Positions 25,686-32,000 of a stretch of DNA of 32,000 nucleotides are shown here, one piece after another. The position numbers and the translations under genes were made by a program. The stretch is from positions 240,001 through 272,000 of the forward strand of contig NC_013202.1 in the NCBI RefSeq assembly GCF_000023965.1, given 5' to 3'. The notes under the pieces were generated by a model. That model saw nothing but the letters and a program-made list of their open reading frames with translations, had not been told where the DNA came from and made no database searches. Position 1 is the stretch's first letter. Every line of letters begins with the position of its first letter. The DNA comes from Halomicrobium mukohataei DSM 12286. Lineage in GTDB: Archaea; Halobacteriota; Halobacteria; Halobacteriales; Haloarculaceae.

Positions 25686-25826
25686 CCGCGCTCGCACGGC
25701 TGGGCAGGCGATGAAAACAGCGGCTATCATACGGACGGTTGTAGGCGTTTACCCAGTCGACCGCACGACGGCGTGCGGTCGATCTGGTAAAGACCTACAA
25801 CTTTCCGTATCAGTCATGGAGCGCCT

Positions 25827-26912
25827 TCAGGACCGGGTCAGCAGCGCTTTCAGTTGTTCACGAGAGAACAGCGTCGACGGGCGATCCATGTGGACGCCGA
25901 TCTCGCCCTCGAAGGCTTTCATGCCCGCCTTCTGGACCACGCCGGGCAGCGAGTAGCCGGCGCGGACGAGGTGTCCCAGACGGATGTCGGTCCGGAGGTC
26001 GTCGCGCCAGGCCCGCTCGTAGTCGCCCAGCGTCCCCGGCCTGTCGGGATCGATCTCGCGGGCCGCGTGGTCGGCGGCGGTCATGCCATAGAGGATGCCG
26101 CCACCGGTGAACGGCTTCGTCTGGGCCGCAGCGTCGCCGATCAGGAACGAGCGGCGGCCGGTCACGCGCTTCGGTGGCCCGATCGGGATGAGCCCCGAGC
26201 AGCGCCGGTCCGTGTCGACGCCGTAGTCCGCGGTGAACGCCTCGAAGCGCTCGCTCACGTCGTGGCCCGGCGGCGTCGCCAGCCCGTACTCGACGCCGGC
26301 CTCGCCGCGGGGAATGCGCCACGCGAAGAAGCGCGGCACGGAGAGGTGTACGTCGACGAAGTGCTGGCGGTCGACCGTCTCGGTGAACCCGAGCACCCCG
26401 TGGAGGAGTTCGCCGGGTTCGGGCAGGTCGAGTGCGCGCCGGACGCGAGACTGCGGCCCGTCACACCCCGCGACCATCCGCGCGTCGTGGGTCTCCGTCC
26501 CGTCGGGACCGCGGACCTCGACGGTGACGTGGTCGGTGCGTTCGGTCACGTCGAGCACCGTGTGCTCCTCCCGCAGATCGACGCCGGCCTCGCGAGCGCA
26601 GTCGGCCAGTCGCCGATCCAGCCCGACGCGGTCGATGACGTTCGAGATCGCCTCGTCCTTGTAGAAGCGGTGGGCCTCGCTGTCGGGGCCGCCGCGATGG
26701 AACCGGGCACCGCGGATCTCGTTTTGAAAGAGTTCGTCGCGGGCGTCGTCGGGGACGAACTCCCAGATGTCGGTACTGACGTGGCCCGAACAGGCGAGTG
26801 GCTCGCCGACGGTCCCCTGCTCGAATGCGAGCACGTCGTGGCCGGCCTCACTCGCCCGCCGGGCGAACCGCGCGCCCGCCGGCCCGCAGCCAACGACGAC
26901 GAAATCGTGCAT
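25827..26912 (-). CDS. Geranylgeranyl reductase family FAD-dependent oxidoreductase
   Basis: Internal ATG (26912) of track ORF 25827-26987. MHDFVVVGCGPAGARFARRASEAGHDVLAFE is the FAD fold, and LIGDAAAQTKPFTGGGI is the GGR-family motif. Confidence 0.85.
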   Translation of the reverse strand: MHDFVVVGCGPAGARFARRASEAGHDVLAFEQGTVGEPLACSGHVSTDIWEFVPDDARDELFQNEIRGARFHRGGPDSEAHRFYKDEAISNVIDRVGLDRRLADCAREAGVDLREEHTVLDVTERTDHVTVEVRGPDGTETHDARMVAGCDGPQSRVRRALDLPEPGELLHGVLGFTETVDRQHFVDVHLSVPRFFAWRIPRGEAGVEYGLATPPGHDVSERFEAFTADYGVDTDRRCSGLIPIGPPKRVTGRRSFLIGDAAAQTKPFTGGGILYGMTAADHAAREIDPDRPGTLGDYERAWRDDLRTDIRLGHLVRAGYSLPGVVQKAGMKAFEGEIGVHMDRPSTLFSREQLKALLTRS

Positions 26913-26985
26913 ACCGACAGGTCGGCCAGCCGAGACAAATACCTTGTCAGTTGCCCTTTTACTGGTCGACTCCCGAAGGCTACAC

Positions 26986-27372
26986 ATGGCAGGCTACCAG
27001 CCAGGCGTCTGTAACATCGGTCGCGACGAACGACGCAAGCGACGCGTCGCCGGGATCGCCGGCTTCCTCGGCGCGGCGGCCTACGTCGCGGCGGTGCTGT
27101 GGTTCGGACTGCCGGACCGCTACGTGCTCGGCAGCTTCGCCTTCCTCTTTGGCGGCTTCGTCGGCGTCTTCCAGGACTACTTTCGCTTCTGCGTCGCCTT
27201 CGGAGCCCTGGCACGGTACGACCTCTCCGGGTCGAGCGACGACGCCGGCAGCGTCACCGACGCCGACGCCGTCGCCCGCGACCGGAAACGCGCGGCCCAG
27301 CTCCTCACCTACGCCGCCGTCTCGGCGGCCGTCCTGACGGCGCTCGCCTACGCCGCCGTCACCGCCCTGTAG
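26986..27372 (+). CDS. Small membrane protein (2-3 TM), possibly YgaP/DUF2892-like
   Basis: ATG at 26986 within track ORF 26767-27372. MAGYQPGVCNIGRDERRKRRVAGIAGFLGAAAYVAAVLWFG resembles the N-x-G-x3-R-x2-R motif of DUF2892, which is a tentative match. It is divergent from the GGR gene. Confidence 0.6.
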   Translation: MAGYQPGVCNIGRDERRKRRVAGIAGFLGAAAYVAAVLWFGLPDRYVLGSFAFLFGGFVGVFQDYFRFCVAFGALARYDLSGSSDDAGSVTDADAVARDRKRAAQLLTYAAVSAAVLTALAYAAVTAL

Positions 27373-27415
27373 CGACGACCGAACGCCTCAACAGAGAGCC
27401 TCGTCTGCGGGGCAG

Positions 27416-27425
27416 ATACTATAAG
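27416..27425 (+). promoter_or_regulatory. TATA-like box for the Zn-ribbon gene
   Basis: ATACTATAAG lies 25-34 nt upstream of the ATG at 27450. Confidence 0.4.
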
Positions 27426-27449
27426 TGGGATGGCGTGCAACCCTCGTGT

Positions 27450-27725
27450 ATGCTCGGTTCCCGGAGTTCCCGGGACGTCGTCACCTGCATCGCCTGCGGG
27501 GAGTCGGTCTCCCGGTCCGACGCGCGCGAGTACGACAAACACGGCGACCGCTGGGACCGCACGGACAAGGAGTTCGAGTACCTGTGCAAGCCCTGTCACA
27601 GCGACCTGACCCACCAGCCACGGCCCGGGCTGGAAGACCTCCTCGAAACGGTCGAAGCAGACGCCGACGATCGGGACTCGTTCCTCCGGCGGTACGTCGA
27701 ACTGGCCGAAGAGAAGCGGCGATAA
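27450..27725 (+). CDS. Small zinc-ribbon protein (CxxC...CxxC) with acidic tail, 91 aa
   Basis: ATG at 27450 within track ORF 27099-27725. VTCIACGESV ... YLCKPCHSDL gives four Cys in two CxxC knuckles. High GC3. Confidence 0.6.
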   Translation: MLGSRSSRDVVTCIACGESVSRSDAREYDKHGDRWDRTDKEFEYLCKPCHSDLTHQPRPGLEDLLETVEADADDRDSFLRRYVELAEEKRR

Positions 27726-28117
27726 CGGCAGTCGTCCTTTCGAGCGCGCCTCGCTGTTCGCGGATTACCGCTCTGCACTGCACAGTCCCGCTGCTCGCGG
27801 TTCACGTCGTTCACCGCTCGCTTTTCCGAGGGTTGCAGTCAACGGTGTGAATCGTGACCCTCGCTGCTCGCGTGTCGCTCACTCCGTTCGCTCCCGCTCG
27901 CAATAACGAGGGCCGTCGCTCGCTCTCTCACGGCTCCAGACCGTCGCCGTTCGAGCTTTCCGAGACCCCCCCGCTGCGCTCGGGCTCTCGCTTCGCTCGC
28001 GACGCGCCTCGCGGGTCCCTAACGCTCCCCGCTCGACTTTTCCGAGACCCCTCACCCCGCTCGGGCTCTCGACACTCCCTCACAACGCCTATCTGTCCAC
28101 TCCCCGTATCCGATGTC

Positions 28118-29431
28118 ATGAGTAACGAGGACGCGCAGGCCGAGGCCGGCACGCCGGAGGGGCAAGGCCCCGTCGAGATCGACGAGGAGATGGCCCGCCA
28201 CATGGCCAACAAGCGCGAGGAGCTGTTCGAGAAGTTCGAGATCCGCGACGCGTTTCCGCCCGAGGTGATGGAGGAGGCCGAAGCGCGAACCACTGACGTG
28301 CAGGCCGAGATCGCCGACGAGGTCGACGAGCGCGAGGACCTGCGAGAGATGACGACGTGGACCACGGACCCGATCGACGCGCAGGACTTCGACGACGCCA
28401 TCTCCGTCGAGGAACGGGACGACGAGTACGTCCTGTGGGTCCACATCGCCGACGTGACCCACTACGTCAACCCCGACACCGCGATGTGGGAAGAGGCCGT
28501 CGAGCGGGGCAACACCGTCTACCTGCCCGGCTACACCATCCACATGCTGCCACCGATGCTGGCCGAGACTGTCTGTTCGCTCGTCCCCAACGAGGATCGG
28601 CTGGCCCACACCGTCGAGATGCACCTCGACAAGGACGATCTGGGCTACGAGGAGATCGACATCTACAAGTCGGTGATCCGCAGCGACGCCCGGCTCACCT
28701 ACACCGAGGCCGAGCGCCTGCTCGACGAGCCCGAGACGGCCGAGGAGCTACTCGAAGACCAGCGCGTCGACCTGGCCGAAAAGACCGAACTCATCTGGAA
28801 CCTCGCGGACGCGATGCACGAGCAACGCAAGGAAGAGGGGTCGCTCGTGCTCAACCCGGCCCGTGACCGCGCCCACACGATCATCGAGGAGTGCATGCTC
28901 AAGGCCAACAAAGCCGTCACGCACGAACTCATGTGGGATCGCGGCGTCGAGGCGATGTACCGCGTCCACCCCCAGCCCAGCCCCGAAGAGTGGGACGAGG
29001 CCCTCGTCGAGATCCAGGAACTCGACGGCGTCTCGATCCCCGGCGACGCCTGGGACGACCCACGGAAGGCCGTCAACGCGACGCTGGAGCAGGCACCGGG
29101 CCGACAGCTGGACAAGATTCAGTGGGCCGTCATGAAGGTGATGCCCCGCGCGAAGTACATGAACGACCCCTTCGGCGGCCACCACGCCCTGAACTTCGAG
29201 ATCTACGGGCACTTCACCTCGCCGATCCGACGGCTCTCGGACCTGATCAACCACTGGATCGTCTACACGAACGACGTGCCAGAGGACCTGATCGCGCTGT
29301 GTGATCGCGCCAGCGACAAGCAGAAGGCAGCCGAGACCTGCGAGCGCGAGTACAAGCAGTTCCTCGAAGAGATCGGTCTCGATCCGTCTGCGGTGAACAA
29401 TCGCGGGCTGGAAGTAGTGGACGAGGACTGA
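28118..29431 (+). CDS. rnr: Exoribonuclease RNase R/II family (RNB domain only), 437 aa
   Basis: ATG at 28118 within track ORF 27854-29431. RNB motifs DPIDAQDFDDAISVE, VHIADVTHYV, GNTVYLPGYTIHMLP and HFTSPIRRLSDLINH. Only about 85 acidic residues precede the first motif and about 70 follow the last. Confidence 0.92.
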   Translation: MSNEDAQAEAGTPEGQGPVEIDEEMARHMANKREELFEKFEIRDAFPPEVMEEAEARTTDVQAEIADEVDEREDLREMTTWTTDPIDAQDFDDAISVEERDDEYVLWVHIADVTHYVNPDTAMWEEAVERGNTVYLPGYTIHMLPPMLAETVCSLVPNEDRLAHTVEMHLDKDDLGYEEIDIYKSVIRSDARLTYTEAERLLDEPETAEELLEDQRVDLAEKTELIWNLADAMHEQRKEEGSLVLNPARDRAHTIIEECMLKANKAVTHELMWDRGVEAMYRVHPQPSPEEWDEALVEIQELDGVSIPGDAWDDPRKAVNATLEQAPGRQLDKIQWAVMKVMPRAKYMNDPFGGHHALNFEIYGHFTSPIRRLSDLINHWIVYTNDVPEDLIALCDRASDKQKAAETCEREYKQFLEEIGLDPSAVNNRGLEVVDED

Positions 29432-29635
29432 TCGACCCAGCGAGCAATCCGTTGTGCGAGTCGTCGATCAGTGCGACTGAGGACTGATCGACCCAGCGAG
29501 CAATCCGTTGTGCGAGTCGTCGATCAGTGCGACTGAGGACTGATCGACCCAGCGAGCAATCCGTTGTGCGAGTCGTCGATCAGTGCGACTGAGGACTGAT
29601 CGACCCAGCGTGTGCGAGTCGTCGATCAGTGCGAT
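29423..29635. repeat. Tandem direct repeat, 56-bp unit, about 3.8 copies, each with a 10-bp inverted repeat
   Basis: The unit is GAGGACTGATCGACCCAGCGAGCAATCCGTTGTGCGAGTCGTCGATCAGTGCGACT, starting at 29423, 29479, 29535 and 29591. Copies 1-3 are identical by eye. Copy 4 lacks the 10-nt AGCAATCCGT. ACTGATCGAC pairs with GTCGATCAGT within each unit. Copy 1 includes the last two rnr codons and its TGA stop. Confidence 0.95.
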
Positions 29636-29648
29636 CGCGGACGACGGC

Positions 29649-30014
29649 TCACTCCGCAGACTCGTCGGTGCGGTCGAGGTATCGCGTGCCCCACTCGTCC
29701 ATCGCAGTAACGACCTGCTCCAGTTCTTCGCCCCACTCCGTCAGCGAGTACTCCACCCGGACCGGCTTGTCGTCGATGACGGTTCGGTGGACGATATCGC
29801 GTTCCTGTAGGTCGTCGAGGCTCTCGGAGAGGACCTTGTCCGAGATGCCGTCCACGCTCTCTTTCAGGTCGTTGAAACCGAGCGGTCCGTCGCGCAGCAA
29901 CTCGACGACGATACGTGGGTGCCACTTTTTCCCCACGATCGCCGCCGCCGCAGTCAGTGGGCCCATATCGTGTCCCCCGTTGCCCACCGAGTACTCGTCC
30001 CCCGTTCTGTCCAT
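29649..30014 (-). CDS. HxlR-family winged-helix transcriptional regulator
   Basis: Track ORF. VGKKWHPRIVVELLRDGPLGFNDLKESVDGISDKVLSESLDDLQERDIVHRTV...VRVEYSLTEWG is the HxlR-type HTH signature. Confidence 0.88.
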   Translation of the reverse strand: MDRTGDEYSVGNGGHDMGPLTAAAAIVGKKWHPRIVVELLRDGPLGFNDLKESVDGISDKVLSESLDDLQERDIVHRTVIDDKPVRVEYSLTEWGEELEQVVTAMDEWGTRYLDRTDESAE

Positions 30015-30037
30015 GCAGTGTACGGCGGGCCCCCGCC

Positions 30038-30046
30038 AAATAAATA
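30038..30046 (-). promoter_or_regulatory. TATA box for the HxlR regulator gene
   Basis: The minus strand reads TATTTATTT 24-32 nt upstream of the ATG at 30014 (leaderless geometry). Confidence 0.45.
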
Positions 30047-30246
30047 CTGCAGTTCTCGGAGAGTATTTTTCGCGGTTAGAGAGGTGGAACTTCCGTCGGT
30101 GGGTGAACGCGAGTCAAATAATATCGGAATTATACGAGAGGTATTCGAGAGTGTGTCGAGTGACCACGTGGTGTGTTCGGAGCGGTTTATCGGCGTAGGA
30201 TTTTAGTGAGAATCGCGCGTAGAGACACACGAGGAGGTGAATCGTG

Positions 30247-30471
30247 ATGACTGCCAGTACGAAACGGAACGTTCCTCGGAACGGTAATCGAACTGCGCTG
30301 TCGCGATACGACCTCGTGCTGGCCGTCATTCCGACGGCCTTCGTCGTTGCGCTGCTGTCGAACGTCCTCTTTGGTATCCCGCTGCGAACGGTGTTGCCGG
30401 CCAGTTCGCTGGTCGGCGTCCTCGCACTCGCCGACACGCTGTACGTCAATCCGCCGATCGACGGGAGGTGA
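30247..30471 (+). CDS. Small membrane protein (2 TM), function unknown, 74 aa
   Basis: ATG at 30247 (track start 30244 is GTG). It is preceded by a strong Shine-Dalgarno-like GGAGGTGA 5 nt upstream. Two hydrophobic helices: LVLAVIPTAFVVALLSNVLFG and LPASSLVGVLALA. Confidence 0.5.
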   Translation: MTASTKRNVPRNGNRTALSRYDLVLAVIPTAFVVALLSNVLFGIPLRTVLPASSLVGVLALADTLYVNPPIDGR

Positions 30472-30814
30472 TACTACCGGCTGTAAATCTGTCACGGATT
30501 TCGCCACCTCGGGGTGGCGAATATCTGAACGAAGTGACAGCCGGCAGTATGAAACCGACGGGCGAGTTACCACTGTCTGGCGCGTCGGGATCGCTCAGTG
30601 ATCGGTACGTCGACGAGGGGGAGACAGACCGCAAGCGAGCACGGACGGAGAACGGTCTCGCCAACCTGGTTGGGCACACGTTTTATCAGTCCGGTTACCG
30701 TATATAACAATCACGTGACCATCTCACTCTCGTCGGTCGACCGTTTCAATCCCGACGAGGCAACCGGGTTCGACGACTGGCACCGCTTGCAGATCCAGAC
30801 AAAATGCACTTCCA

Positions 30815-31780
30815 ATGGTAGACACTGACGATATCAAGGCGAGTAAATCGATTCAACAGCGCACTGGCCGGACCTTCCACCTGGCGACCCGCGTCCTCCC
30901 CAAGCGGATCCGCCACGCCACGTACGTCCTCTATGCGTTCTTCCGGGTAGCCGACGACGTGGTCGACCAGCCCGACGGCCCGGGGCCGGCGGTCCAGCAC
31001 GAGCGCCTCGAAGAGATCCGAGAGGCCGCCCTCGGTCACGCCTCGGCGACGGGCGACGACGCGGCGGTACTGGAAGCGTTCGCGGAGTTGCGCGAGCGTC
31101 ACGACATCCCCGACGAGGAGGTCAACGTCTTCATCGACGCGATGGAGATGGACATCGCCCGGGCCCGCTACGAGACGTTCGACGACCTCGTGGAGTACAT
31201 GCGCGGGTCGGCCGTCGCCGTCGGCAACATGATGATGGACGTGATGGACGTCGAACAGCCGGAGACGGCACGGCCACACGCCGCGGCGCTGGCCGAGGCG
31301 TTCCAGCTGACGAACTTCCTCCGGGACGTGCGCGAGGACATCCACGAGTACGGTCGAGTTTACCTGCCCCAGGCGACGCTTGCGGAACACGGCGTCACCG
31401 AGGACGACCTCGCCGAGGCGACCGTCACCGACGACTTCCGGGCGGTGATGCAGACGGAGCTGGCCCGGACAGAACGACGGTACCACGAGGGTGTCGCCGG
31501 AATCAGATACCTCCCCGAGGACAGCCAGTTCGCCGTCCTCCTGTCGGCGGTACTGTACGCCGAACACCACCGACTCATCAGAGCACGGGGCTACGACGTG
31601 CTCACCGAGACGCCCGAGCTCACCCGCCGTCGGCGGCTCTGGCTGCTGGCCCGGACCTGGTGGCACTGGCGTCGCCACCACGATCCCGAGGCCGCGTTCT
31701 ACGCGGTCAGTGCGATCTCCGAGCCGTCGCCCGCCGCGGAGACGCCGGTCGGCGTCCGAGATTCGAGCCAGCCGGCCTGA
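30815..31780 (+). CDS. crtB: Phytoene synthase (squalene/phytoene synthase family)
   Basis: Track ORF. Contains YAFFRVADDVVD, YMRGSAVAVG and AFQLTNFLRDVREDI..GRVYLP, the Asp-rich and signature motifs of CrtB. Confidence 0.9.
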   Translation: MVDTDDIKASKSIQQRTGRTFHLATRVLPKRIRHATYVLYAFFRVADDVVDQPDGPGPAVQHERLEEIREAALGHASATGDDAAVLEAFAELRERHDIPDEEVNVFIDAMEMDIARARYETFDDLVEYMRGSAVAVGNMMMDVMDVEQPETARPHAAALAEAFQLTNFLRDVREDIHEYGRVYLPQATLAEHGVTEDDLAEATVTDDFRAVMQTELARTERRYHEGVAGIRYLPEDSQFAVLLSAVLYAEHHRLIRARGYDVLTETPELTRRRRLWLLARTWWHWRRHHDPEAAFYAVSAISEPSPAAETPVGVRDSSQPA

Positions 31781-31880
31781 CGCCCGACAATCTACAGCGC
31801 CGGTCCGGAGGTTCGACTGCCTCGTTTTACCGGACGCCAGCACGTGAGCGGCCGCTCCTCGTCGGTGGGTTCGGTCGGCG

Positions 31881-31896
31881 AAAAGAGAGCGGAAAA
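31881..31896 (-). terminator. Oligo-T tracts after rpl15e
   Basis: The minus strand reads CGTTTTCCGCTCTCTTTTCG, starting 11 nt after the stop at 31907-31909. Confidence 0.35.
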
Positions 31897-31906
31897 CGAG
31901 CGAGCG

Positions 31907-32000
31907 TTACTTCCCGCGGCCGCGGTTGCTACGGAGGCTCGGGCGGATGTGTTCGGCACCCTTGCCGCGCGTGTCCAGTCCGCGGTTGCGCTTGCCGGCA
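31907..32000 (-). CDS. rpl15e: 50S ribosomal protein L15e, C-terminal 30 codons only (5' end outside the window)
   Basis: My translation of the minus strand gives ...AGKRNRGLDTRGKGAEHIRPSLRSNRGRGK-stop. This matches the conserved archaeal L15e C-terminus pattern (...RRNRGL..KGKG.E..RPSLRSN.GK.). Confidence 0.75.
   Translation of the reverse strand, partial: AGKRNRGLDTRGKGAEHIRPSLRSNRGRGK

Noticed and set aside
27854-28117. N-terminal 88-codon extension of RNase R, as given by the track ORF.
   Set aside because: The extension is Ser/Arg/Pro-rich and basic, is encoded by repeated low-complexity DNA, and begins with a non-ATG codon. The acidic, protein-like sequence starts at the ATG at 28118.
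29423-29635. CRISPR array.
   Set aside because: The 56-bp units are directly contiguous with no unique spacers, and no cas genes are in the window. It is a plain tandem repeat.
30468-30707. 79-aa plus-strand ORF (or its 52-aa ATG-initiated core from 30549) in the gap before crtB.
   Set aside because: The first part overlaps the nested hairpin element. Composition is near-neutral and third-position G/C is only about two thirds, well below neighbouring genes. I recognise no motif. It is left as possible but unsupported.
1-32000. Mobile elements, integrases, tRNA or rRNA genes, defence islands, inteins.
   Set aside because: I scanned all intergenic regions over 60 nt and all track ORFs by eye. 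I found no transposase, integrase or Cas-like motifs, no cloverleaf-capable tRNA-like segments and no intein blocks inside the conserved enzymes. Running tRNAscan and Rfam would be the decisive check.

Overview
This window looks like a chromosomal segment of a haloarchaeon (class Halobacteria). The evidence is high G+C, strongly acidic proteins, AT-rich TATA-like boxes about 25-35 nt upstream of many ATGs (leaderless geometry), a PGF-CTERM surface protein, archaeal CheF proteins and an archaeal type-A RNase P RNA.

Layout:
- 1-1.4 kb: two tandem archaellin genes on the minus strand. The first is cut by the window edge.
- 1.5-3.2 kb: a lower-GC trio of small membrane protein, wHTH regulator and single-domain KaiC/RecA-type ATPase.
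- 3.2-10.7 kb: the chemotaxis core. cheW is divergent from cheB-cheA-cheR-HEAT/PBS-cheF1, and cheF2 is convergent.
- 10.8-14.4 kb: housekeeping genes (rps6e, a dUTPase-like protein, an M29 aminopeptidase, a Gfo/Idh/MocA oxidoreductase).
- 14.6-17.8 kb: a 1,066-aa methyl-accepting transducer with a large extracellular domain and a poly-HAMP array.
- 17.9-19.5 kb: pncB followed directly by RNase P RNA, which the ORF track cannot show.
- 19.5-32 kb: small proteins, an aldo/keto reductase, a Tat lipoprotein divergent from a PGF-CTERM repeat protein, a GcvT/YgfZ-like protein, vapBC, a geranylgeranyl reductase homolog, a Zn-ribbon protein, a minimal RNase R, an HxlR regulator, crtB and the 3' end of rpl15e.

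I found no transposase, integrase, CRISPR array, tRNA or recognisable defence island. I do not see a clear-cut novel multi-gene system.

The best candidates for a second look are:
1. The KaiC-like ATPase, wHTH and membrane-protein trio lying between cheW and the archaellin genes.
2. A 56-bp tandem hairpin repeat (about 3.8 copies) that starts inside the last codons of rnr, and a repeat-rich 390-nt leader upstream of rnr.
3. An untracked 40-aa zinc-finger-like micro-ORF with its own leaderless promoter.
4. Concerted evolution of the archaellin 5' ends together with their promoter and leader.

All functional calls rest on motif recognition by eye. No searches were run.
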